A stretch of 64,000 nt of DNA from Eledone cirrhosa (Eukaryota): contig OZ024741.1 in NCBI GenBank assembly GCA_964016885.1, positions 205,468,001 to 205,532,000 of the forward strand, written 5' to 3'. The notes beneath the pieces are model-generated. The model did no database searches and was not told the DNA's origin. It worked only from the letters and a program-made list of their open reading frames with translations. This document shows, in pieces, positions 13,227 through 26,540 of this stretch. The position numbers were made by a program, and so were the translations under genes. Each line of letters opens with the position of its first letter. The first letter of the stretch is position 1.

Positions 13227-15139
13227 TAACATGAAAAAATGTGCCCCAAAACGGGGAGAAATGAGGCAACATGGGGAGATTTTACATAATGAAAGAAAGC
13301 TATACCCATTTTCACAAGAGCGGGTGGGAGATCTCCTCGTCTACTCGATTGTGGAGACACGGGGTTTAACATTAGGGTTCTGGGCTTACGGTCATAAGGT
13401 CGTGATTTCAATTCCCGTATTGGGTGACACGTTTGCCCTTAAGATTCTTTATTTCACATTGTTTCAGTCCACTCAACTGGAAAACAAAATGAGTTGGGAT
13501 GACACTGGTGTCAAGTTATATTGCCCTTGGCTTTTTCTTGGACACATCGGAGCCATGGAGAGGGGAGGCTGATATGCATATAGGACTGCTGGTCTTCCAC
13601 AAAGCACTTTGCCCAGGCTTGTGCATCGGAGAGGCAAACCAGTCAGTGATGTGTGCATAACTCATGGCCAGTCAGGGCGAAAGTAGAGCCAGCCTTTTTC
13701 TTCCATTGCAAACATTCCGTTCAGTTCTCCAGTCTGAGGATAATTTCGTCCCTTCATTCTCCCAGCAATCTCAGTAGGAGACTGGCACAATTCCTCTCCA
13801 CACATTGCAGCTTTAATAATCAGTTGCGGTCTCGTGGTTGGGCGATTACCCCTGGTCATCGATGGATTCAGAGGCGAACTGGTCATACGCATATTTAAAC
13901 AATGCCAGGTGGGTCACTAGGATGGGTAAACAACAATGTCATTTGAAACTGAAGCTTCACAAAGATTGAAACGAAAATGGAACATACAGAAGTTTGAATT
14001 AGAACACGAAGTGCTAGAACATACTCCACCAACCTATCGCCTTGGGCTGCTACTCTATTTTAACAACCTCGAAAAAGACGAAAGGCGAAGTTGATCAGTG
14101 GAATGTGTAGTATTGTCAGAGCACAAAGTGTCAAAAACTAGGTTTGTCAGCTCGCCAAACTATAAATTGAAATTATTTTATTTGAAAGAATGTGACACAT
14201 AACTGGTAGAACAGAATGCACGTTGTATGGCTATCCTAGGGCACAAAATATCCAGAAGCTGGCTCTTTACATACAAACATCAATCCAAATTTAGATAAAA
14301 TAACTAACGTATAAAGGAGAAAATTAGAAAATTAAAACAGAACAATTCTTTTTTTCCTTTCTAATGATTTCAACAAAGTAGTCCTTCCGAAGTGTCTGCC
14401 AATCTATATAATACTAAAAGTCTGATTTGCTTGCTTGTCTGTAATGTAATACAGCCAAAAAGGTGCATAATGAGAAAATACTTTGAAAGGAAGTTGCCCT
14501 TGAAATGGGAATACAAATGGAATAAAAAAAGTTTCGCGTAAATCGGTACACGGGTTTTCGAGATATGGGGTTTTTTCCGGGTACCTTCATAAACAAGGAG
14601 AGAGAAAGATAGAGAGGAAGAGATAGTGGTTGTGACAGAGTAGATTAAAATAGAGAGGAGACAGAGAAGGAGGATGGAAGAGAGCTGGTGGTGTGGTTGT
14701 GTATATATATATGTGAGTGTGTGTGTATCTATGACCAGTATATGCATATATAACATTTTTTATTTACACAACCTTACCCAACAATTCAGTGCAACAAGTC
14801 TACATTAGTCAAATACACACCATACAAAATACAGTTACCCAGTTAAATAAAATGAAAATGAAAACCAACCCACTATATTGGTACAAAGAGGACAAACATC
14901 ACCATGAGTGACCGAAGAATTGGTAGAGTCGTTAAAGCTTTGGATAAAATGTCTCATGGTATTCGTTTAGGCTTTCTATGTTTTGAATTCTATACTTTCG
15001 GAGTTGATAAAATATAGTACCAGTTCCGAGCTGGATCTTTTATTCTCACTTTCTTTCTCTTTAGAAGACATCAACTATAGTTAGATCTAGAGAGGGATGA
15101 GCTGTACCAGGTCTTAATATATCACACCGGTTCCTCTAC

Positions 15140-17890
15140 GACTTATAGAAAATAATAGCTGTGAACTAAATAGAAAAAGAAAACAAATTATACAATTTTT
15201 TAATTACCTTAATCTAAAAGAAGAAATAGAGAATAACCATAAAATAGTCAATTTTCTAGATGTAACACTAAATCTTAACACATGTCTTCATTATCCATTT
15301 CACAAACTAAATGAGAACTTAAATTATGTCAATTTTAACTCTAATCACCCCAGATCCGTTAAAAATACTATAGTGAACTCTGTACAAGAACGAATTTTAA
15401 GAATTTCATCTAATAAGAATATATCTGATGAAAAAGCGCATTATTACAACGAAGCGTTAGGTAGAGCTGGGTATAGAAATAAAATTAAATACATCGATAA
15501 TAATAATAATATAAAAACCAAAATAACAACAATTTTAACTATGGGAACAATTTTAACAACGATAATAGAAAACATTACAATAATTCCGAAAGCCGAAAAA
15601 GAAATAGAACTAGGAATATACTATGGTTCGCTCCTCCTTTCTCACTAAATATTAAAACCCCTATTGCTAAACTATTCTTTAAAGCTCTTGACAAACGCTT
15701 CCCTAGAACACATAGATATTACTCAATTTTTAATAGACATACTATAAAATTAACTTACTCTTCCACCAAAAATTTAGCGCAAAATATTAATAGAATTAAT
15801 AATAGAAATTTAAAACCTAACCAAAATACCAATAATAACCCAAGCAATATTCAATCGAATAATTGTAACTGTAGAAATAAATCCAACTGTCCGTTCAATA
15901 ACAACTGCTTAGCTAAAAATGAAGTTTATAATTGTAATGTAAAAACTAATTTAAATTCATTTAATTATGTCGGTTCTACCTCCACAGAGTTTAAATCCCG
16001 CTTCAATAATCATAAAAATTCTTTTACAGATCCAAACAAAAAATCTTCAACTTCGCTATCTAGCCTATTATGGGACCTAAAACGAGATAATGTTGAATAT
16101 TCGCTGATTTGGAATATTATTTCATAAGCTACTCCTTTTAAATCCTCTTCAGAAAATTGCGATCTTTGTATAGAGGAAATATTCTTTATATTAAAGGCCA
16201 AAAATTCCCTTAATTTAAGGAATAATTTATTCAGTTGCTGCAGACATAGATTGAACTCAACGTTTAAATATAAATATAAATTTAAAATGTAGTATAATTA
16301 ATTAAGTAATTTGGTTAATATATGGAACCTGTCGATAAATCATTAGATTCCTTCACCTTTTTCATTTTCTTTGGTTAAGTACTCAAGTATAAATAAATTT
16401 TCTTCCTAAATATAAATATAAATATAAATATAATAAACTATTCTAGAAAAGTTTATCCTTTCAATATCTTGAGTAAAATATACGTAAGATAAATTTCTAT
16501 ACTAAATATATTAAACATATTTTGTTTTTAAGTTTATTTCGTAATGTTTATTTATTTTTTATTAGGTTTGTTTTTATTCTGATAGCTTCTCATAATTTTC
16601 AAAAGTTTATCCTTTCAATATCTTGAATAAAATATACGTAAGATAAATTTCTATACTAAATCTATTAAACATATTATTTTAACTTAAAATATTCTATAAT
16701 ATTTTAAAATATTTTAATATTTTGATATTTGTAGAATTCTTTTGTTTTTAAGTTGTATTGATATAATTATATTTCCAAAATATAATCCTTTTGTATTTTA
16801 TGTACTCAATTGTACTATGTAATATATTGATGTATACTTATCTCTATACGACTATGTATGTATGTGTGTGTATTAACATACATATACATGTGTTATATGC
16901 ATTTTTATGAATATATGTCTGTCTGTATATATGCATGAGTGACGCGTGTCTACCAATTGGGTGAAGATGCACACACATGTTTATATATGTATATGTAAGA
17001 ATTGTGTGTGTACATGTACATGTGTACTCATGCATTTTGATTGCAGATAGGTATAATTTTAACAGCCATAAATGCATGAAAGTTAATCCTATATATTTAT
17101 ATATATATATATACTAACATTTTTTATTTAATAACACAATCATTTATGCTTTGTATGTATATATTATATTCTGGAGTAGATAAATTGTTTATTTTTTCTG
17201 AGTGTGTGTGTATATATATAGTTATGTATTTTTGCGTATATGTACGTGCTATATGATAGGTAATTTCTCTAGCAATATATATATTTCGTAATGTTTAAAT
17301 TCCAATTTTTAATATATTGATCTCAATTTTTAAACTAAATATCTAATCATAGTTAAACAATGATTAATTTCTCATATTATATATGTATATTCCATTCATG
17401 AATATTAATATTTCTAATTTTATTTATTCATTTCATCTCAATTGTTAACTTAACTTAATATGACATGACTTAAGGTTTTCGCTCACCCCTCTCTATCTCT
17501 ATATTTCTCTCTCTTGATTTTTTCTCTGTCTGGTGGTTTGATATCTCTCTGTTGTTTTTCTCTGTTTTCTTTTTTTTCTTCTTTTTTCTTTCTTCTTTTT
17601 CTTTATTTATCTCTCCTTTTCTTTCTCCACTTTTCTCTCTCTCAGTTTTTTTTCTCTCTCCGTCTTTTTTCCTTCTCCTTAACACAACGACTTACTAAAA
17701 TAAACAAATTCACTATCCTGATGTCTTCCAAAAGTAACGGTTGCATTTTGAAAGGGTACGTCAATGTTTATTTATAAAACTGGTATATATTGTATTTTGT
17801 CTGATGAAGGCATACCATAATTTAACACGGTATCCTTGAAATATGTATAATAAAATAAATATGGTTTTATAAATATAGTTTCCATTTGTT
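15140..17890 (+). mobile_element. 5'-truncated Penelope-like element (Naiad-like), decayed, with long AT-rich 3' region ending in an HHR
   Basis: VNFLDVTLNL, SNHP, YYNEALGRAGY, IFNRHTIK, CNCRNKSNCP...CL, YVGSTSTEFKSRFNNHK (GIY-YIG); HHR at 17794; ends at (TA)n. Confidence 0.85.
17794..17856 (+). ncRNA. Type I minimal hammerhead ribozyme
   Basis: Stem I ATTTTGT/ATAAAAT; CTGATGA; stem II AGGCATACC/GGTATCCT; GAAA-TATGTA-TA. Confidence 0.75.
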
Positions 17891-17897
17891 AATATCG

Positions 17898-18003
<106 letters not shown>

Positions 18004-19164
18004 ACTAGGCCACGTGCCTCTATACATATATGTGTGTGTACGTGTGCGCGTGCGTATATATATATATATATATTCATTTATGTTTAGTGGTTCACCACTG
18101 GATAGAACTGATCAGTCCGTTTAGTTAATCGTAATGTATAGTACGAAAAGCACTCTACGTTTCGTAACTCATCCATCGTTGATATTGAATCGTGTGGTTG
18201 GTGCAGATTAAAATAACTGGTGATGTTCCTTTAAAGTTTTATTGTTGCAAAAACACTATATATATTTTAATGGCCTGGTTGCGTAAGATCCTGGCGACAT
18301 CATCAGGTTAAGATTGCATAACTGGTTAATCAAAAAAAGAATTACGTCAAACACAAGCAGAGAAAATATAGAAAAAATATTTGATTCGGAGATGGCCTGC
18401 GACGTAGGTGTTATTGTCGTCGCAGACTATCCCTGAATAACAAGCTCGTCAATGTAAAGCATTGTGGGTTTGAACTAAACGGAATGACCAGTTCTATCCA
18501 GTGGTGAACCACTAAACATAAATGAATACAGCTCCTTTGACAGTCGAACGCTTTGTGATGTAATGGATAACAGAAGCCCTGACACCAACTTAGGACGACT
18601 ACCATTCCAGACCAGGGCTACATGTCGAAAATTAGTCTACCTCGAAGTTCGGACCACACCGTACACAGCTTCATATACCCATATGGACCAACGACATTTC
18701 TGACGGACTTTCTCAATTGTTTCATGCAATCGCATGAGCTCTTCTTGACCTTACGTAAACATAAATGAATATATATATATATATAGAGAGAGAGAGACAG
18801 GGAGAGAGAGAGAGGGAGAGAGGGAATAAACAAACATTTGGTGTATCGAAATTATCATTAAAAAATGGGAAACTCAAACGCGAGAAATAACTGTTAAAAC
18901 AGCCGAATGCCGTTAATAATAACACCATAGAAGTCGGGTAAGAATACCCTTAAGGCCGGAAAGTAGTGGACTGTGGTAGCTATAGAGAAACTGAAAGTTG
19001 TGACGTCGGTTGCGTGATACGTGTAGATGAAGAGAGGAGTGTTTTGGCATGTTAGAGTTATAAAGAAAAGGGAATAAAAGGAGTTACAAAATGAGTGGAT
19101 ATTAAAGTTACAACGGTTACAAGACCATAGCCGTATCACAACCTCATCAGATTCGCACTATATA

Positions 19165-19216
<52 letters not shown>

Positions 19217-19251
19217 TATCGGGGTCCTGAATTTTTTCATATATATATATA

Positions 19252-19445
19252 TATGAAAAAAACAGGACCCCGACGGCTGAGCTCCGGCCGTTTCGACAGC
19301 TAGATCTAAACTCTGTCGAAACGGCCGGACTCAGCTGTCGGGGTCCTGAATCTTTTCATATTACCCACTCTACTACCCCAAGTATCAAGTACTCTGGTGC
19401 GTTATGGTTCACCTGGTATCTTACTACACCCTCTTTGTTATCTCT
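19252..19445 (+). mobile_element. Fold-back mini PLE pseudo-LTR remnant
   Basis: ~48 bp inverted arms around GTCGAAACGGCCG; tail shared with 22183-22370; begins in a TA run. Confidence 0.6.
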
Positions 19446-19449
19446 TCTC

Positions 19450-20851
19450 TCTATATATAAAACGGAAGATGTCTGTCTGTGTGTGTGTATGATTTTTATG
19501 CATTTCCACATTTCTCTACCGATTTTGATGATTTTTTTTTCAATGTGCACCAAATTTACCAACGATAGTCATCGCGTAATAAACTTCGCCAAAAATTTCC
19601 TGCTTCTATGGAAAAAAAAATCGATAAAACTGAATACATGCTGTAACCCTCTCTCTTACACGCTTAATCACTTTCTCTACTACCCAACAGCGACAAAACT
19701 TCGTTCAGGAACGCGACATAAACTTTGAAAACTAAGCAACACATCATTTTATACAACAGACATAGTCATAACGCTCTCTCCGTCGCTCTTCCCTCTCTAT
19801 AATTTAACTGCTTTACTCTCTTCATGCTTTGAGGTTTAACACACCTCCCTATAGTTTCTTAGCTTTACTCTCTCCGTCGCTCTTTCCTCTCTCTATAATA
19901 AATTATTCCCTCTCTCTATAATTTAACTGCTTTACTCTCTCTGTCACTCTTGACTCTCTATGACAACACAGTTTTATACACCTCCCTATAGTTTCTTAGC
20001 TTTAATCTCTCCATCGCTCTTCCCTCTCTCTATAATAGATTATTCCCCCCTCTCTATAATTTAACTGCTGGGGGAGTCATTGGAGTTCCGTATTGACATA
20101 CGGCCTTTCTGGGGTATTTTAAATCGGCTTATTGCAAATACCAACCCGCAAAATAACACTTCATATAACAGATTAATGCTATAAACATATGAATCGGAAT
20201 GTTTAAATTATTTATTTTTTACGACTTTCATTGGCTAAATATTAATATGACAACATCCATAGTGTTGTACTTCTGGCAATTCTGCCAAATACACTGCCAT
20301 GGTTGAACCTTTTCCCCTCGGCGTCAGATATCCCGTTCGATTTCCGGCGATCCCAATTCCCGGTGAGACCATGTTTTGCCATGTCCATTAACAAGTCACA
20401 AGGGCAAACATTGTCGGTGGTGGGCATCCATTTGGGGGAGCCATGCTTCTCCCATGGCCAACTTTATGTTGCCTGTTCCCGCGTAGGGAGCAGGAATGGA
20501 CTTTTTGCTTTCACTCCTCAAGGGATGACACGCAATATCGTCTACAAAGATGTTGGAGCTATGCCTTCTGGAAATCTATTTCCTGGTAGGGTCACCCATG
20601 GCGGACAGATCTGACACCCAGCGGCATCATGGCCACCATCTTGCAACTTTGGTCTGCTAAATTCGCTATTGGAAGATTATTAATCCATCATTGATTGTCC
20701 AAAATGCTAATTGGTTCGTAACTTTTAATAACCGGTTCAACTGCTTTATGCACTTAATTGATAAGCTTATTCGCTTTCAAGCCACGTTTACCTGTATGTA
20801 ACTTTTCATAGCAAATGAACAAACCCGAGCAACGCCGGGCTAAACTGCTAG
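19450..20851 (+). mobile_element. Non-autonomous Helitron with PIF1-helicase C-terminal fragment
   Basis: 5' TCTATATATAAAAC; 3' hairpin CCCGAGCAACGCCGGG + CTAG|T; internal tandem repeats 19770-20070. Confidence 0.9.
20303..20552 (+). pseudogene. Helitron RepHel PIF1 helicase motifs IV-VI fragment
   Basis: [23 protein letters not shown]...[13 protein letters not shown]...TRNIVYKDV. Confidence 0.9.
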
Positions 20852-21145
20852 TATATATATATAGGAAAGTAAAAAACAACAAGAACAACGCTTAGTGAGA
20901 GTGGGAGGAGGGGGGGGGGGGGGGTGGTGATATAAGGCGGCCGCCCGGACTAGCAGCTGCTAATTTTTGGCCGCCTTCTCGTCTTGCTTTTCAGCCCCTT
21001 GGATTGTGTCTATTATTATATTCCTTTGTTGGATAAATTTTGGAATACCTGATGATGTCACCGATTTCACACTGAACCCAGTCATTGAAATGTTCATAGT
21101 ATAATAAACCTTTAAGGAATTACACCAGTCCAGCCTCCTGTTAAC

Positions 21146-21605
21146 AAACCGAACATTATAATAAATGTTCGGAAAACCCATACGTACATATATATATGTG
21201 TGCATGTATGTATATATATACATATTACTGTACGTCTGTACACATATATGTATGTACGTATACATACTTATATTTAGGTATCAGCCGTACTAAGAGTGAG
21301 AAATGAAATTTCGTTTCATTCTTTTCCATTTATCGTTTTCGGTGTGCCCGGCCGACTAACTCACTCGATGTACAAATTAGGCTGCTCAGCCGTTAATATG
21401 CATAAGGAACGTATATACTTTCAAACGTTCAATCATCTGACAGAAAGGTATACGATGCTGACGATAGCTAATAAGCTTGAAACTAGTACATCGTTCCTGT
21501 GTCAGTGTTGAACAAAAGGGCGACGATGGTTGCCGAGCACTGTACGGCGTAATTCGGGCTGTTTCTTTACAAACAAACCGAACATTATAATAATTGTACC
21601 CATAC

Positions 21606-21669
<64 letters not shown>

Positions 21670-21792
21670 ATGTATGTATATATATACATACTACTGTACG
21701 TCTGTACACATATATGTATGTACGTATACATACTTATATTTAGGCATCGCCCGTACTAAGAGTGAGAAATGAAATTTCGTTTCATTCTTTTC
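21146..21792. repeat. Dispersed repeat with internal duplication; inverted copy at 25720-26050
   Basis: 21146-21325 resembles 21575-21792; 21430-21790 is reverse-complementary to 25720-26040. Confidence 0.7.
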
Positions 21793-21867
21793 TCTCTATA
21801 TATATATATGTATAAACCATTTTAGCCTTTCTTGATGAGCTATTTTCAAATATCTCAGTATGTTATA

Positions 21868-21941
21868 TTGCCTTATCTGACGAACGAATGCGGACGTCTC
21901 TTGTGTTCGCCCTGAACAGGAAACATAGGGTAATGAGGTAA
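21868..21941 (+). ncRNA. Hammerhead-like motif in a ~160 bp TA-flanked unit
   Basis: TTGCCTTAT-CTGACGA-stem II-...GAAAC...GTA-ATGAGGTAA; the stem II/GAAA junction is imperfect. Confidence 0.5.
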
Positions 21942-21981
21942 TTATACTGTGTTGTTTATTATACATTAAATATATATATAA

Positions 21982-22170
21982 AGGGCGATGGATTGGCAGT
22001 ATCAGTAGAGAGTCGGACGCCATGCTTTCCAGCATAGTTACGTCCCTTTACGATCTGAGTTCAAATCCCGCCGAGGTTGATTTTGCCTTTCATCCTTACG
22101 GGGTCGATAAAATAAAGTACCAGTAATGCACTGGGTAATTGCTGGCCTTGTGCCTAAAGTAGAAACAATT
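21982..22170 (+). mobile_element. Full-length SINE family A
   Basis: A-box-like TGGCAGTATCAGTAG, B-box GAGTTCAAATCC, core GCCTTTCATCCTTACGGGGTCGATAAAATAAAGTACCAG, tail AGAAACAATT. Confidence 0.85.
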
Positions 22171-22182
22171 AAATATATATAT

Positions 22183-22367
22183 AGGAAAAAGTATGACACC
22201 GACGGCAGAGCTCAAGCCGTTTCGACGGCTATTTCAGAAATAGCCGTCAAAACGGCTTGAGCTCTGCCGTCGGGGTCATACTTTTTCCTATTTCCCACTC
22301 CACTACCCTAAGTATTGAGTACTCTGGTGCGTTATGGTCCATCTGGTTCCTTACCACAATTCCTTTG

Positions 22368-22370
<3 letters not shown>
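22183..22370 (+). mobile_element. Fold-back mini PLE pseudo-LTR remnant
   Basis: ~50 bp near-perfect hairpin 22183-22290 plus tail homologous to 19362-19430; TA-flanked. Confidence 0.6.
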
Positions 22371-22407
<37 letters not shown>

Positions 22408-22510
22408 CGTTTCTGAATTTGTTTAGCAAGATTCTTTATCTGAAATCGTGTGTTGAAACCGATATTGTTATACTTTGGGAGGGTCATGTTGCCAATAAGA
22501 AACACACGCA

Positions 22511-22559
<49 letters not shown>

Positions 22560-22563
<4 letters not shown>

Positions 22564-23354
22564 GTTTGTTGAGTGAGATGGAAGCCAGTCAGAGTATAGC
22601 TTAAGGCTTTCTCTGTTAATGTATTGAATTGGTACTCTTGATTTGGCCTGAGATGAATACTTCCAGATACCTTTTAAGCGTAACTTTCCGTATTTATTAT
22701 TACTATGTAATATTGATTGTTATTCTGGTATCATATCTCTGTTTTTAGCCTAAGAAAATACCTGTATGCGTGTATAAATAATACATGCATATATTTATTT
22801 TTAAAAAAATCTAATTGAGTTCTTCACACGCCAGGTTAAAATTGTTGAAAAAATTAATTGACCCACATGTATATTATTTTAAATCCTTGTGTTTCGCGAT
22901 TACCTCCCCTTTCCTCTTGAAGACAGTGTGAGACTCCTCATTCTGAGACTGCTGGAATTTCAAATTTGGCGGTCATTCTGATACGGAGAGAGACCATCGC
23001 TGACATGGGATTAAAACATCGGTAAGAGAATTTTTTTATATCGATGTTTGACGGGCATCCACTGATGATTTATAAATGCCCTCCTGCATATATTCCTACG
23101 GAATGTTGTGAAGGCTTCTACATAACCCGGACACATTCTCCCAACTTGTAGAAAACTTATAATGAAACAATTGTTTGGAAAAGGAGATATATTTTAATTA
23201 TATCTCATATAAAATAATACTACTGGCCTTCCGCAAAATACATATAGTTAGCACCCCAAACGTAAAATTGGGATTATACTAAGGTATATCCTAATGTTTG
23301 TTGAGTGAGATGGAAGCCAGTCAGAGTATAGCTTAAGGCTTTCTCTGTTAATGT

Positions 23355-23358
<4 letters not shown>
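22560..23358. mobile_element. TA-flanked non-coding element with 67 bp terminal direct repeats
   Basis: 22560-22626 is identical to 23292-23358; both ends abut (TA)n. Confidence 0.65.
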
Positions 23359-23425
<67 letters not shown>

Positions 23426-25149
23426 CTATTACTATAATATCCAAGGTACAGAGCTACTCAAGTTGGTAGGACAAGTTTTAAAATAATTATTAAAGCCAGT
23501 TATTACAACGGTGCCATACCAGAAACGTAAGTTTCGTTGAACCGGGCGCCAACTTGTTCAACTTGTGCTGACGGAAATGAACTGGAAAATGTTTACTTCA
23601 AAAAGAAAATCAAGAAAATAAGGAGAGCGCTACCAGGGGACGATAATGAGGTTCGGAGAGAGATAATTAGGTAGACAATTTGGCCGAATAAATGTTATCT
23701 TGATTACTAAGTTACTAAAAAACTAGAGGAGGTTAGAAAATAATTTTTGGGGAAAAATAAATGTCAATATTAAATAATAATTGTTTCTACTTTAGGCACC
23801 AAGCCAGCAAATATCCCGTGCATTACTGGTACTTTATTTTATCGACTCCGTAAGGATGAAAGGCAAAGTCAACCAAATAATAGTGGGGCCAATTATTTAA
23901 AAGGTGTTTAGATACGAGGGGGCACCGCGAGAATAATTTTGTTCGGGTGTTAAGCTGTTTATTGTTGTGAAGATTATTCAATTTCCACTATTTCTCGTCA
24001 TTGCATAATCTGCAGGAATTGCACCCATTTATATATGGTCGAGATTGTTTCAGTACCTTTTATTTGATGGAGAAGCCTATGTTCTTGTCTATATGTATGC
24101 ATATATGTGTGTATATATACCTTAAAGATGGTTGGATGCACATGAGAGAGATTTGGCTGTTATTTCTAGCCACGTCAAACGACCACGTAGAGGCTCCATC
24201 TTTGGCGCATTGATAGTAGAGATGTTTCTTTAGCTTTAGGGGAACCTATCATCTATCTGCCCGTCAGCCTGCCTGTCAATCTATCTGCTCGTCAATCTAT
24301 CTTTCTGTCTGTTTTTTTCTCTCTCTCTTTCTCTCTTTTTGTAATCACATGAAATTAACACTACGAAAAATGAGATGAGAGCTTGCGGTCTTGACCTTTT
24401 GAAGAGCCTCCGTGACTGTGCACGAATGCTTGCAAGTCACCTAATGCTTCACGAAAGTCACCCAAAAGATGTGAGTACAGAAGGAGAAATCAATAAAATC
24501 GACACCAGTACTTTATTGGTACTTTATTTTATCGACTCCAGAAAGATGAAAGGCAAAGTTGACCTTGGTGAGATTTGAATTCAGAACGAAAAGCAAATAC
24601 TGCAAACCATTTCGACCAACACGCCTACGATTCGGTCAATCCATCGCCTTTATATGTCATGTCATAATAAACTGGGCTTTGCAACACAAATATTAGACAA
24701 TTGAAGGTCAAGATAAGGACGGGAGTGAGATGGAATAGAGGCGACATGAAGATGCGGAAAAAATAATGAATATGAAAAAGAAAAGATGAAAGGTGACTGT
24801 GTGCAGGCTGTATCGTAGCCACTGGTCTATAAATAGACCGTTGTTTCCGGAAAGGAAATAAAAACTGACTGTGAAGATCGATACAGACAAGACTAGGAGT
24901 TAGAGTGAGAGAAAGTTACAGAGATGTAACGAGTGATGGGGGAAGAAAAAAAAAGATAGATAGTGGGAATGTTAAACAATCAGTGCAGATAGCGAGAGAA
25001 TAAGGGAAAGATGTATAAGTGTGAAGTTTCAGAACACATTGTACACATAACTGCAACACACACACATCACTCATATATATATATATATACACATACATAT
25101 AGAGAAATAGAGAAATGGGCAAGTGATCACGTGGCCGCCCCATGTAATG

Positions 25150-25420
25150 CAACAAAGACCACTTGAAACAAACGATGAAGAGCGCCAACATCGACCCTAA
25201 GTCCTGGGAACAACAAGCAGATAACAGATCAGTGTGACGTCATATCAAAATCATGCAGAATATCTAGAAAAAAATTGCTGGAGAACTGAGAAGGATAAAA
25301 GGCTGCGACGAAGGATTCGCCACCTCCAGCCAAGGCTACCACCGACCATCAGATGTGATCTGTGAGGACAATTTTTCTTTGCAAAAACTGGCCTTATTAG
25401 CTACTAGAGGTCATGAATAA
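25150..25420 (+). mobile_element. RTE-clade LINE 3' fragment
   Basis: Translates approximately to KDHLKQTMK...NIDPKSWEQQADNRSV*R, typical of the RTE ORF C-terminus. Confidence 0.55.
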
Positions 25421-26540
25421 AGAAATTTAAAAGAAGGAAAAATATACGCAGAAACGAGGAAGAACCGACGACAACAAGAAAGATGTTTTTAAAAATGGGC
25501 TCATATGAAGAAATGCATGGGAAAATGTATGTATAATACGACTACTAAATGCGATGAAGCTGTTTAAATTGAGGAGATTTATTATAGCCGCCTAGTCGCA
25601 CCAGTGACCATAACATAGTGGTCAACAAGAATTCGGTGTAAACTAGGAAGCGAAAGTTCGAGTCGCTCCCATATACTCATTTTAGGTTCTTTTCCATATA
25701 AGTTATTTGTTAGCCGGAAAAAATGAAACGAAATTTCATTTCCCACTCTTAGTACGGCTGTTACTTAAATATAAGTATGTATACGTACATACATATATGT
25801 ATACAGACGTACAGTAGTATGTATATATATATACATACATGCACACATATATATATATGTACGTATGGATTTACCAAACATTTATTATAATGCTCGGTGT
25901 GTTTGTAAACAAACATCCCGTATAAAGCCGCAGTGTCTAGCAACCACCGTTGCTCGTTTGTTCAACACTAACAAAGGAACGCTGTACTAGTTTCAAGCTT
26001 GTTAGCTATCGTCAGCAACGTATACCTTCCTGCCAGATTGGACGTTCAATTAAACTGGTGTTTGGAACATAACACATGTTCTCATAAAATGATTAAGGTA
26101 GATTGTTTCATATAAACACTAACATAATCATAGAACCAAAAGAGGTTTAAGGTGATACGGTAAAGAGTTAGGACGTGTCTTCCTTCATTAGAACGTTTTC
26201 TTTTTAACATGTTCATCACTTACCTTCAAAAAAAACTCCACAAGCTGTTATCTTAAAATTTAGTCAGATTGATGTTGCCGTTCTGCTTGTAACGTCTGTC
26301 GGTTGATACCTGGTAGCGGGTAAAAGAACAGAAAACATGAGCATGGATTTACAGAAGGAATTTAAGAGAGATGTAGTTCTGGGAAGGAAGGATTGGAAAA
26401 ATAGTTTAGTGGACTGAAAAGTAAGGAGAGAGAGAGAGGGAGAGAGAGAGTAGGAGGATCTTTAATACTTTGTGGTTGATTCTACTTAAACCATCGAATT
26501 TCTACGTTGTCAGCTAGTATATATATATATATATATACTA

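Noticed and set aside
12982-13572. 196 aa plus-strand ORF
   Set aside because: It is a chance read-through across an antisense LINE, a MITE and a SINE
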